Source: Bacteroidota bacterium (lineage in GTDB: Bacteria; Bacteroidota; Ignavibacteria; SZUA-365). From it: 64,000 nt of DNA. The stretch lies in assembly GCA_003246455.1 (NCBI GenBank), contig QKAF01000027.1:33201-97200 (forward strand), given 5' to 3'. The position numbers were made by a program, and so were the translations under genes. Under the pieces are notes generated by a model that was not told where the DNA came from, did not search any database, and saw only the letters and a program-made list of their open reading frames with translations. Shown piece after piece: positions 37,900 through 47,586 of the stretch (position 1 is the first letter of the stretch; every line of letters begins with the position of its first letter).

Positions 37900-39612
37900 A
37901 TGAAGAACCACACAGTATCAAGCACGGAACAACACGGCATGCAGATGAAAAACCGACTTCTTTCGATTCTCGCAGCACTTCTCGTTCTCGCCTGGCTCGC
38001 TCCCAATGCGGCACAGGCCCAGAGCTCGGATGATGCCCTGACGAGCGTCGAGCAGATCATGCGATACATGAAGAGCGCGAATTACTCGGAAGACGATATG
38101 CTCCAGCGCATGGCCTGGGGCGACCAGATCGTCAACGAACTCGTTTCCTTCAAGGCGTCTGAAGACGATCGTCAGAACTATCTCCGTCTTCTCGATATCG
38201 CCATCGATCATTACAAGGACGAGAACGACCGCCTCCGCATTCTTCTGCGTGCGCTCACCACCCTCGATCCCCTGGTGGCGAAGTACTTCCCGCAGTGGGT
38301 GATCCAGGACGAACCGATGATTCTCGAAGTCATGCGCAAGGTCCGTGATAACCGCGACGATCTGCTCGATGCGGACGCCGTCGGTATCGCCGAGCGCGTG
38401 CTCACCGGCAAGGCCCGGATGCGCGTCATCCAGAGCCCGAAAGACGATCAGAACCTGATCGCCATCTACATCGAAAAGGCGCGTCCCCATGACGACGAAA
38501 AGCTTTCTGCCGGCTTCCTGCCGAACAAGGACAACGGCGATTTCGACGACTATCGTATCGTCGGCCGCCGCAACCTTCGTGAGATCCTCACTCCGGACCT
38601 CTACGACGCAGTGGTCGCCAAGCAGTCGTATGCGCATCTCGACGAAACGGGCGCGGTCAAACCGCAGCCGTACGTTGCCGAAGCGACGATCAGCGTTCCT
38701 TTCGGCGGTGGTTTCATGTGGACCCTGGATTCGGACGAGCGCATCGGCGACGGCGTCACGCTGCAGCCTTCGCGCATCCGCGCCGGGTTCGAACTGAAAA
38801 TCGGCAACGACTGGGTGAACCTGCCGTTCCTGTACGGCGCGCAGTGGAATACGCTGTTCGTCTACGAGCCGTCCGCTACCGAGCGGGTCAAGATCGGTCC
38901 GTCCATTCCCTTCACCTGGGGTGACAAGAGCATCTCGGAGAATTTCCCGATCTTCAAACCGCGTACCCTCAACGGGACGTGGGGCGCGGCCGGTGAATAC
39001 TACAAGCAGCTCTCCAACGTCGCGGGCGCACCGGGCGTGGACGCAGACGGAATCGGCGCCGCCGCCTTCGTCTCCTTCGGCCTGAAGACCCTCGGCAACA
39101 AGAAGATCACCAACCTCGACGGTACCATCATCAACGGCGACGGTGCGGAAGCCGCGCTGCAGCTGCCGCTGACCCCGGCGGATGCCCAGAAAGCGCATTT
39201 CTACTACCTCGCGAATTCCGCGAACCTGTTCTACTGGCGTGACCTCGGCTTCATGCTCAGCGGTCTCCGCCTGCATGCCGGTCTCGGATATCAGAAGACC
39301 GTCGAAGCCGTTCGCCAGAATCCGTTCGACCAGCCCAACCAGTCCGCATGGAATCCTGACAGCGTCAGCATCGTCAGCGACAACAGCGTCCTGGATGCGT
39401 TCGTGCGCCTTTCCTACGATCACGGCGGCAAGACCACGTACGGCGTGGCGCTGCAGTATTTCAACGGCGGCGTGATGGGCGAGGTGTACCTCAACATCTT
39501 CAGCTGGATGCGCGCGGAAGTCAAGTACTCGCGCATGCTGTTCCGCGATCCGGAAGTCTGGGAACACGAAGAAATGATCGTGCCCGGCCTTCGCTTTGGC
39601 TTCGCATTCTAA
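37900..39612 (+). CDS. Putative outer-membrane beta-barrel protein (OMP-B, 570 aa), paralog of OMP-A.
   Basis: RBS aaggagg. Signal peptide ...LAWLAPNAAQAQ. C-terminus ...WMRAEVKYSRMLFRDPEVWEHEEMIVPGLRFGFAF ends in Phe (beta-signal). Aligns with the OMP-A C-terminus WLRVDAKYSFLLRDQEIWETESSYFLITPRLRIGL. Confidence 0.45.
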   Translation: MKNHTVSSTEQHGMQMKNRLLSILAALLVLAWLAPNAAQAQSSDDALTSVEQIMRYMKSANYSEDDMLQRMAWGDQIVNELVSFKASEDDRQNYLRLLDIAIDHYKDENDRLRILLRALTTLDPLVAKYFPQWVIQDEPMILEVMRKVRDNRDDLLDADAVGIAERVLTGKARMRVIQSPKDDQNLIAIYIEKARPHDDEKLSAGFLPNKDNGDFDDYRIVGRRNLREILTPDLYDAVVAKQSYAHLDETGAVKPQPYVAEATISVPFGGGFMWTLDSDERIGDGVTLQPSRIRAGFELKIGNDWVNLPFLYGAQWNTLFVYEPSATERVKIGPSIPFTWGDKSISENFPIFKPRTLNGTWGAAGEYYKQLSNVAGAPGVDADGIGAAAFVSFGLKTLGNKKITNLDGTIINGDGAEAALQLPLTPADAQKAHFYYLANSANLFYWRDLGFMLSGLRLHAGLGYQKTVEAVRQNPFDQPNQSAWNPDSVSIVSDNSVLDAFVRLSYDHGGKTTYGVALQYFNGGVMGEVYLNIFSWMRAEVKYSRMLFRDPEVWEHEEMIVPGLRFGFAF

Positions 39613-39739
39613 CGCGAACGCCTTTTCGAACGATTGACATACGTGCAGGCGGTGGACACATCCCATCGCCTGCACATGTTTTTAACCGTGATTTTTTCGA
39701 CAAGGTGGAACCAGCCCGCGATTCAATCCGTTCCGTTCA

Positions 39740-41119
39740 TTGAAACCGCGTGCCGAATCAAGCGTTATGCCCGTTAATACGTTCGTTCCATTATACATTG
39801 TCATCGCCGTTCTTCTCGCCCTGCCGGGAGGGCAGGACCTGTACTCCGCGCCCCAGGCGACAGGGATCCAGCCGGGCGACAGCCTGCGCAAACCGACCAT
39901 CATCTCCGCTCGCAGCAAACACCCCGAAGCCGTTACCGTCTCCATCCGCGCCGTCGACATCAGCCGCTACCCCGAGGTCAGCGTCATTCTCGATGCGCGC
40001 GACTCACTCGGAAATCACTTCCCGAGCCTGAGGAAGAGCGACATGGTGATCTACCAGGACAGCGCGCCGGTGGAAGTGGAATCGCTCGAGAAGATTTCCG
40101 CGAACAACAGTTTCCCCGTCGATATTGCGTTCATCATCGATCAGACGGGAAGCATGTCGCAGGAGGTCTACGAAGTCAAGGCCAACATCATTGATTTCAC
40201 GCAGCGCCTTGCATCCCGCGGAGTGGACTATCGTCTCGCGCTGCTGACATTCAGCGACCGGATCGAACGCTACAAGGATTTCACCGAGGACGTGAAAACC
40301 TTCATCGGATGGATCGACGGGCTGAAGATCGGCGGGGGGATGGACGACAACGAGAATGCGCTGGAAGGGATGTTCGAAGCCACGTCATTCAAATTCCGTC
40401 AGAGTGCGCAGAGGATCTTCATCCTCATCACCGACGCGATGTTCCATCAGAAAGGGGACAAGGGGTACGGGAAAACCGATTTTACCGCGAAGACGATGAC
40501 GGACTTCCTTCTCAAACAGAACATCAAGCTCTTCGCAATCACTCCGCCGCAGATCTCTGAATACAAGTACATGACCGAGGCGACCCGAGGAAAGCGCTTC
40601 AACATCATCGAAGATTTCAGTTCCATCCTCGACGAATTCAGCGAGTCGCTGACGAATCTCTACGCCATCCGGTATCACATCACCGAGGAAGTCCCTCCGG
40701 AAAAAATGAACCTGGAGATTCGCAACTCCCAGGACGAGGTCGTGCTGCAGGAAGAGGTCACCGTGCTCGACGTCGACAAGAAATTCGTGCTGGAGAACAT
40801 CCTGTTCGATTTCAATCGCGCCACCTTCGATATGTCCTATACCGACGAATTGAAGAACATTCTCGCGATGCTGCGCAAGTACGAGAACATTCACATCGAG
40901 ATCCGCGGACACACCGATTTCATCGGAAGCGACGAGTACAATATCGCGCTCTCCGACGCACGCGCCCGCGCAGTGAAGAAATACCTTGTGGACCGCGGTA
41001 TCGGCGAGATGCGGATAACGACGCGCGGCATGGGGAAATCGCAGCCCATCGCGCCAAACGACACCGAACTCGGCCGCCGTCTCAATCGTCGTACGGAAGT
41101 CATCATCACGCGGAAGTGA
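39740..41119 (+). CDS. vWA-domain protein with C-terminal OmpA-like peptidoglycan-binding domain.
   Basis: MIDAS motif DIAFIIDQTGSM...T...D (vWA). C-terminal NILFDFNRATF...HIEIRGHTDFIGSDEYNIALSDARARAV...TRGMGKSQPIAPNDTELGRRLNRRTEV (OmpA_C). Confidence 0.8.
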   Translation: MKPRAESSVMPVNTFVPLYIVIAVLLALPGGQDLYSAPQATGIQPGDSLRKPTIISARSKHPEAVTVSIRAVDISRYPEVSVILDARDSLGNHFPSLRKSDMVIYQDSAPVEVESLEKISANNSFPVDIAFIIDQTGSMSQEVYEVKANIIDFTQRLASRGVDYRLALLTFSDRIERYKDFTEDVKTFIGWIDGLKIGGGMDDNENALEGMFEATSFKFRQSAQRIFILITDAMFHQKGDKGYGKTDFTAKTMTDFLLKQNIKLFAITPPQISEYKYMTEATRGKRFNIIEDFSSILDEFSESLTNLYAIRYHITEEVPPEKMNLEIRNSQDEVVLQEEVTVLDVDKKFVLENILFDFNRATFDMSYTDELKNILAMLRKYENIHIEIRGHTDFIGSDEYNIALSDARARAVKKYLVDRGIGEMRITTRGMGKSQPIAPNDTELGRRLNRRTEVIITRK

Positions 41120-41155
41120 TTGTTACCCGGCAGCAATTGCGCTGGGGCGCAGCTC

Positions 41156-41569
41156 CTATTCACCCATGATTTTAATGATAAGCCGCTTGGGCCGCCGACC
41201 GTCGAACTCGGCGTAGTAAATCTGCTGCCACGGACCGAAGTCGAGGGCGCCCGCCGTGACCGGGACGATCACTTCATGATGCACGAGCAGGCTTTTGAGG
41301 TGCGCGTCCCCGTTTGTCTCGCCCGTCCGATGATGGCGGTAATCGCGACGGAACGGAGCGAGGTATTCGAGCCAGTCGTCGATGTCCTGCAGGAGCCCGT
41401 TCTCGGCATCGTTGACCCAGACGCCGGCGGTAATATGCATTGCGGAAACCAGGATCATTCCCTCGCGGATGCCGCTTTTTCGCAGCGCGTCTTCGACCTC
41501 CGAGGTGATATTGACATACTCCCGCTTCTGCGGGGTGTTGAATGTCAGGTATTCAGTGTGGAATTTCAT
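41156..41569 (-). CDS. YjbQ/UPF0047-family protein (secondary thiamine-phosphate synthase-like).
   Basis: [25 protein letters not shown]...[17 protein letters not shown]...[16 protein letters not shown]. It is only the C-terminal part of the 898-aa table ORF; the remainder of that ORF is an antisense shadow of recD2. Confidence 0.7.
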   Translation of the reverse strand: MKFHTEYLTFNTPQKREYVNITSEVEDALRKSGIREGMILVSAMHITAGVWVNDAENGLLQDIDDWLEYLAPFRRDYRHHRTGETNGDAHLKSLLVHHEVIVPVTAGALDFGPWQQIYYAEFDGRRPKRLIIKIMGE

Positions 41570-41605
41570 GAACATTCTCCTCAGGCGTGAACGATAGTCA
41601 GAACC

Positions 41606-43816
41606 ATGGGCAAAAAGATCCCGGATCATGATAGGCGCGGCGGTGATGAAACGCAAGGCGAGCAGTCGCTCGAGGCAGTGCTCGAACGGGTCATCTGGTC
41701 GGCGCCCGACAGCGCATTCGTCGTCTGCAGCATAAAGGTCGAGGGTGAACTGTTCCCGCTGACCGCCGTGGGAGAAATGGTATCGCCGTCGCCCGGTGAC
41801 CGCTACGTACTGCACGGCCGCTGGGACGAGCACCCGCGCTACGGGAGGCAGTTCCAGTTTTCCTCCTACGATGTTCAGTACCCGGTGACTCCCGAAGGGA
41901 TCGAGCGCTATCTCGGATCGGGACTGATCCGCGGCCTCGGGAAAGGTACGGCCCGGCGGATCGTCGATCGCTTCGGTACAAGGACGCTCGACGTGATGAA
42001 CAATGAAATCGAGCGCCTGCTCGAGGTCGAAGGTATCGGGGAAAAAAAACTCGATGCCATCCAGCATGAATGGGAGAAGCAGCGGGGGGTGCAGACCGTC
42101 ATGCTCTTTCTCAAGGCGCATAACATCAGCAGTGCATGGGCGGTGCGGATATATCGCGCCTACGGGAACGAGGCGATCACCGTCATGCATGACAATCCGT
42201 ATCGCCTGATCGACGATATCGAAGGAATCGGATTCATGACCGCGGATTCCATCGCACGGTCGCTGGGCATTGCCGCGGGCGATGCGCGCCGTGTCCTGGC
42301 CGGCATGAGCTACGCGCTCAAGGAAGCGGCGCGTCGCTACGGGCATACCTGCGTCCCGGAAAGCGAGTTTCTTCGTCATGCCGCCACGGTCCTTGAAGTG
42401 GAGCTTGACGAGGCATACGCCGCGCTCCGTCTTGCCATCGAGTCGGGGAGGGCGTTCCTGTATGACGATCACGTGTACCTGCCCGAACTGATGCACGCGG
42501 AGGAGGCGATCGCCGATTCGCTCCGCACCGCGTTCCGGGAAGAGTGGGACGATCTCGATCATCTCGGACTGGACAGACGACTCGCGGATGTCGAGGCCGC
42601 ACGGGGAATCCGTCTCAACGCGCAGCAGGTGGAAGCGGTGCACAAATGCCTCTCCGGACCGGTCTGCATTCTCACGGGCGGTCCGGGTACGGGAAAAACC
42701 ACGACGCTCACCGGCGTCCTCGATCTTGCCCGTCAGCTCGAATGGAGTATCGCGATCTGTGCGCCAACGGGACGCGCGGCCAAGCGTATCACCGAGGTCA
42801 CGGGTCACGACGCGAAGACGATACACCGTCTGCTGGAGTTCGATCCGTCCGTGATGGCCTTTCAGCGGAACGAGGACAACGTCCTCGAGGCCGATATCCT
42901 CGTTGTAGACGAGATGTCCATGGTAGACGTTTCGCTGATGGCCGCGCTTCTCCGTGCCCGCCGTCCGGGCTGCCGTCTCGTACTGGTGGGCGACGCGGAC
43001 CAGCTTCCGTCGGTCGGTCCGGGGACGGTCCTGCGAGATCTGATCAGCTGCGGCGAATTCGACACCGTCGTGCTGCGGCTCGTGTTTCGGCAGGCCGCGC
43101 ACTCGAGCATCGTCAGCAATGCGCACCGCATGCGTCAGGGATACATGCCCGTGTTCGACACGCGAATCGTCGACGGCGGAGAAACGTTCTTTCGCGAAGT
43201 CGGTCCCGAAGAAAACCTCGGTGCGCTCGTGCGCGATCTCGTCGCCACCCGCCTGCCGCAGGAACTGGGCTGCGACCCGATGCGCGACATCCAGGTGCTT
43301 TCCCCGATGTACGACACTCCCGCGGGAGTGACCCACTTGAACCACGTTCTGCAGCAGGCGGTGAACGGCAGCGCCCGCGTGGTGTTTCAGCGCGGGGACC
43401 GCAGTTTCCGTGCCGGAGACAAGGTGATGCAGACGCGGAACGATTACGGGAAGGATGTCTACAACGGCGACATCGGGTATGTGCAGCGGTACGACGAAGA
43501 AGAGAATCTTCTGTTCATCGATTTCGACGGCAGGGCGGCAGGATACGCGCCGGAGGAAACGGATGAACTCGTGCTCGCCTATGCCATCACGGTCCACAAG
43601 AGCCAGGGAAACGAATACGAGATCGTGATCGTCCCTGTCGTCATGCAGCATCGGGTCATGCTGCGGCGCAATCTCATGTACACGGCGATGACACGTGCCA
43701 AACGGATGATGGTGTTTCTCGGGCAGCGGAGCGCGCTCGCGATGGCGGTGGAAAACTCGCGCGAGCAGCGCCGCTTCGGTCTGCTGCCCCAGCGGCTGCA
43801 GGAGGCGCTGCGTTGA
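41606..43816 (+). CDS. recD2: RecD2-type ATP-dependent DNA helicase (SF1, RecD-like).
   Basis: Walker [21 protein letters not shown]-terminal OB/HhH region, C-terminal SH3-like. 736 aa. Confidence 0.85.
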   Translation: MGKKIPDHDRRGGDETQGEQSLEAVLERVIWSAPDSAFVVCSIKVEGELFPLTAVGEMVSPSPGDRYVLHGRWDEHPRYGRQFQFSSYDVQYPVTPEGIERYLGSGLIRGLGKGTARRIVDRFGTRTLDVMNNEIERLLEVEGIGEKKLDAIQHEWEKQRGVQTVMLFLKAHNISSAWAVRIYRAYGNEAITVMHDNPYRLIDDIEGIGFMTADSIARSLGIAAGDARRVLAGMSYALKEAARRYGHTCVPESEFLRHAATVLEVELDEAYAALRLAIESGRAFLYDDHVYLPELMHAEEAIADSLRTAFREEWDDLDHLGLDRRLADVEAARGIRLNAQQVEAVHKCLSGPVCILTGGPGTGKTTTLTGVLDLARQLEWSIAICAPTGRAAKRITEVTGHDAKTIHRLLEFDPSVMAFQRNEDNVLEADILVVDEMSMVDVSLMAALLRARRPGCRLVLVGDADQLPSVGPGTVLRDLISCGEFDTVVLRLVFRQAAHSSIVSNAHRMRQGYMPVFDTRIVDGGETFFREVGPEENLGALVRDLVATRLPQELGCDPMRDIQVLSPMYDTPAGVTHLNHVLQQAVNGSARVVFQRGDRSFRAGDKVMQTRNDYGKDVYNGDIGYVQRYDEEENLLFIDFDGRAAGYAPEETDELVLAYAITVHKSQGNEYEIVIVPVVMQHRVMLRRNLMYTAMTRAKRMMVFLGQRSALAMAVENSREQRRFGLLPQRLQEALR

Positions 43817-43997
43817 GCATCTCCCGAGAGTAATTTCTTCATCGTCCTTCACCCCGCGCAGCGGAATTGTCAGGTTCAGGCGGGAGGATACGGGATTCGC
43901 CCGTAGGTTTCCTGCCGAGGTTTATGTAAATTAAGAAGTCATTTGCGAATCGATTTTCCTCTCATTTGGATTTGCGCAGCAAGTTCAGAACAGAGCA

Positions 43998-44858
43998 ATG
44001 CCCGTTGACATGATTCGGAAGAAAAAAGCCCCATCCATAGATAAACTTGGTCTCTCGAACCCACAGAAAGCGGCGGTCAACCGTCTCCTCACCGGGGTGA
44101 AGAACAAGTACAAGAAGCTTCTGCATGAGACGCATGAGCGCATGCACATCATTGCGGATCTCACCAGCAGCCTCGAGTTCTGGTACAACGTCAACGGGAG
44201 CTACGAGTATGTTTCGCCCTCATGCAAGGAAGTGCTGGGCTACGACCCCGACGAATTCGTGCATAACGGGCTGCTGATCGAAAATATCGTTCACGAGGAT
44301 TATCTCGAGCAGTTTCGTCAGGACCGCGCGCGGGCATACGCGGGCGAGTCGGGAGTGGACCTCGAGTACCGGATGAATACCAAGGATGGCGACACGCGGT
44401 ACATGCTGATGAGCTGGAGTCCCGTGCGCACCCGGAAAGGGAAGCACATCGGAATCCGCATCAGTCTGCGCGACATCTCGGAGTACAAACGCTGCAGGCA
44501 TTTCTCCGAAGCCTACGAACAGCTCACGCTCGCGATCGCAGATGAACTCCCTCAGACCGGCGTCTTTTCCCTGACACCGGATCGCATCCTGAAATCATGG
44601 AGTGCTACGTCGGCGCGTCTCTTCGGGTGGACGAAGGAGGAGGCCATCGGCAGGAGTCTGCCCGAGCTCTTCCCCGGGCAGGTCGACTCCATCCTCGAGG
44701 GGCTCGATGCGCTCGAATGCGCGGGCCGCTTCAACACGAATCTGCTTCTGAAGACGCGCGACGGGAAGGAGATCGGCGTGCGGGTCATCGTCCTCTCGCT
44801 CTGTGATGTGGAGCGGATCCTCCATCAGTACACCTTTCTCATCTACCCCCTCACCTGA
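43998..44858 (+). CDS. Tandem PAS-domain protein without an output domain.
   Basis: Two PAS-like blocks (...FWYNVNGSYEYVSPSCKEVLGYDPDEF... and ...ARLFGWTKEEAIGRSLPELFPG...). Confidence 0.55.
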   Translation: MPVDMIRKKKAPSIDKLGLSNPQKAAVNRLLTGVKNKYKKLLHETHERMHIIADLTSSLEFWYNVNGSYEYVSPSCKEVLGYDPDEFVHNGLLIENIVHEDYLEQFRQDRARAYAGESGVDLEYRMNTKDGDTRYMLMSWSPVRTRKGKHIGIRISLRDISEYKRCRHFSEAYEQLTLAIADELPQTGVFSLTPDRILKSWSATSARLFGWTKEEAIGRSLPELFPGQVDSILEGLDALECAGRFNTNLLLKTRDGKEIGVRVIVLSLCDVERILHQYTFLIYPLT

Positions 44859-44876
44859 GGCCCGACAGTACACGCC

Positions 44877-46160
44877 ATGCGCGCTGCCAGAAGAATTCTC
44901 CCGTTACAGAACGGACAGTCACCAGCGGATTGCACGACACTGCGGAAATCCGTGCTGAGCTCCGGCCTGCGCGTCATCACCGAGACCGTCCCTTCGGCGC
45001 ATTCCCTCGCGCTCGGCGTCTGGATCGATACCGGCAGCCGCGACGAGACGCCCGAGGAAAACGGGATTTCCCACTTTATCGAGCACTGCGTGTTCAAAGG
45101 GACGAAGCGTCGCCGCACGCATCACATCGCGCAGTATCTCGAAAGCGTGGGAGGGTATCTCAACGCCTTCACCACGAAGGACAATACCTGCTTCTACGCG
45201 CGGGTGCTCGAGCCCCATGTCGATCGCGCAGTGCACCTGCTCGCCGATATCGTGCTCCATTCGACTTTCCCCGAACGGGAAGTGGAAAAGGAAAAGCAGG
45301 TCATCATCGAGGAAATGCACGGCGCGGAAGACGATCCGGAGGATCTTGTCCACGATCAGTTCGAGCAGCAGCTTTTCGGGAAACATCCCCTCGGACAGCC
45401 GATCATCGGGCAGGAGCCGCAGGTGCTTTCCTTCACCAGGGAGATGCTGCATGCGTTCGTCCAGCGTCATTACGTCGCGGAAAACATGGTGATCGCGGCT
45501 GCCGGGGCGGTTGATCACGACACGCTGCTCGCGATCTGTGAACGGGAGTTTGCGGACATCCCGCACGGGGGCGCGGAACGGCGGCGCAAGCCCCGGCTGC
45601 TTGGCCCGAAACACATATCCGCCGAACGTCCCATCCAGCAGGCGCATCTCGTCATGGGGACCGCGGCGGTCGGATATCACGACCGGCAGCGGCACGCGCT
45701 TGCCGTTCTCAACGCCGTGCTCGGCGAAGGGATGAGTTCCCGGCTGTTCCAGCGGGTGCGGGAGCGTCACGGGTACGCGTACAACATCTACTCGTTCGTT
45801 TCGATGTTCACCGACATTTCGACTTTCGGCGTGTACGCCGCGATCGAACCGGGCCGTATCGAGCGCGCCCGCGACGTCCTGCTTCGCGAGTTCGCGCTTC
45901 TCCAGGAGGATGAAGTCCCGGCGCGGGAGCTGAACCGCGCGAAGGAACAGATCATCGGTGCAATGGTGCTCGGACTCGAAAGCATGACCAATCGCATGAG
46001 CCGGCTCGGCCGGGACGAGCTCGTTTACGGCCGGGATGTGCCCGTGGAGGACCTGATCGTGCAGATTCGCGACGTTCGCGCCGAGGACATCCGCCTTCTC
46101 GCGCAGAAAGTCTTCGCCGGGGAGGCACTGTCGAGCCGGATCCTTCTCCCTTCCTCATAA
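44877..46160 (+). CDS. M16-family zinc peptidase (pitrilysin/insulinase-like).
   Basis: Inverted zinc motif HFIEHCVFKGT (HxxEH) with downstream E. 427 aa. Confidence 0.8.
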   Translation: MRAARRILPLQNGQSPADCTTLRKSVLSSGLRVITETVPSAHSLALGVWIDTGSRDETPEENGISHFIEHCVFKGTKRRRTHHIAQYLESVGGYLNAFTTKDNTCFYARVLEPHVDRAVHLLADIVLHSTFPEREVEKEKQVIIEEMHGAEDDPEDLVHDQFEQQLFGKHPLGQPIIGQEPQVLSFTREMLHAFVQRHYVAENMVIAAAGAVDHDTLLAICEREFADIPHGGAERRRKPRLLGPKHISAERPIQQAHLVMGTAAVGYHDRQRHALAVLNAVLGEGMSSRLFQRVRERHGYAYNIYSFVSMFTDISTFGVYAAIEPGRIERARDVLLREFALLQEDEVPARELNRAKEQIIGAMVLGLESMTNRMSRLGRDELVYGRDVPVEDLIVQIRDVRAEDIRLLAQKVFAGEALSSRILLPSS

Positions 46161-46364
46161 TCCCGATTCCGGACGTTCGGTGAGCGCCGGGAGAGAGGGC
46201 GGCGGCCATTCTCCCCGGGGGCGGAGACCGCGGTGCGTTTTGGTTATTCTTCTCTATGTCCGTACATTTGTCAGGATTACACCATTCTGTCCAATCCCGC
46301 TGCTGAAACGCAACCGCACGGGGGACACTTCAGCGTTTCCCGGTTTATTCCCGAGATTCAACCT

Positions 46365-47576
46365 ATGTCATCCGCACCTCAGCTTTCCCGCCGCGCTTCC
46401 ATCATGCCTGCTTCGCCGATCCGTAAACTCGTGCCGCTTGGCGACGATGCGAAGAAACGCGGAACACACGTCTATCACCTCAATATCGGTCAGCCCGACA
46501 TCGAGACTCCGCCCGAGTTTTACGATGCGGTCCGCTCCTACCAGGAAAAAGTGATTGCCTACGGAAATTCGCAGGGAATCCGCCTGTTCATCGAGAGCAT
46601 GCAGCAGTACTACGACTCGCTGTCCATCCCGCTTGGCTACAACGACATTGTCATCACCACGGGCGGCTCCGAAGCCATCATGTTCGCGATGATGGCCGTG
46701 GCGCAGCCGGGCGACGAGATCCTGGTATTCGAACCCTTTTATACGAATTACAACGGCTTCGCCATCATGTCCGGCATCACCCTGGTGCCGGTCGCCACGC
46801 AGGCCGAAGACGGCTTCCACCTGCCGCCCGCCGAGGAAATCGCGCGTCACATCACGCCGCGAACCCGCGCAATGATCATCTGCAATCCCAACAATCCGAC
46901 GGGGACCGTGCTGCGCGACGACGAACTCGATGCGGTGCGCGATATCGCCCTCCGGCATGATATCTTCGTCCTGTCGGATGAGGTGTATCGTGAATTCGTC
47001 TACGAAGGCCGGACGAAATCCGTACTCGAAATCGACGGGCTCGAGCAGCACGCGGTCGTCATGGACAGCCTGTCGAAGCGTTACAGCCTCTGCGGCGGAC
47101 GCATGGGCGCGGTGATCAGCCGGAACCGTTCGTTCATGGATGTGATGCTGCGCTTCGGCCAGGCGCGTCTGTGCGCGGCGACACTCGAGCAGATCGGGTC
47201 GGCGGCGCTCGTCGCCGAAGGCGCGAAATACTTCGACGGCATGATCAGCGAATACCGGCAGCGACGCGATGCGACCTTCGACGCACTGCAGAATATCCCC
47301 GGGATACTCTGCCGCAAGCCGAGCGGTGCGTTTTATATCATGGCGCAGTTCCCGGTCGACGACATCGAACGTTTCGCCTCGTGGATGCTGACGGATTTCA
47401 GCGACGGCAACGAAACGACGATGCTCGCACCCGGTCCGGGGTTTTATGCCACGCCGGGACGCGGCATGAACGAGGCGCGTCTCGCCTACGTCCTCAACGC
47501 GCCGGAATGCCGCCGCGCCGTCGAACTGGTGGCCCGCGGTATCGAAGAATACAACAGTGTGAACAGAAAGGATTAA
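46365..47576 (+). CDS. PLP-dependent aminotransferase class I/II (aspartate/aromatic aminotransferase-like).
   Basis: NPNNPTG motif and PLP-Lys region SLSKRYSLCGGRMG. Start at MSSAPQL. Confidence 0.8.
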   Translation: MSSAPQLSRRASIMPASPIRKLVPLGDDAKKRGTHVYHLNIGQPDIETPPEFYDAVRSYQEKVIAYGNSQGIRLFIESMQQYYDSLSIPLGYNDIVITTGGSEAIMFAMMAVAQPGDEILVFEPFYTNYNGFAIMSGITLVPVATQAEDGFHLPPAEEIARHITPRTRAMIICNPNNPTGTVLRDDELDAVRDIALRHDIFVLSDEVYREFVYEGRTKSVLEIDGLEQHAVVMDSLSKRYSLCGGRMGAVISRNRSFMDVMLRFGQARLCAATLEQIGSAALVAEGAKYFDGMISEYRQRRDATFDALQNIPGILCRKPSGAFYIMAQFPVDDIERFASWMLTDFSDGNETTMLAPGPGFYATPGRGMNEARLAYVLNAPECRRAVELVARGIEEYNSVNRKD

Positions 47577-47586
47577 CAGTCGTCCT

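Noticed and set aside
41570-43852. N-terminal 760 aa of the 898-aa minus ORF 41156..43852.
   Set aside because: Only the last 137 aa (YjbQ family) are real. The rest is the antisense shadow of recD2.
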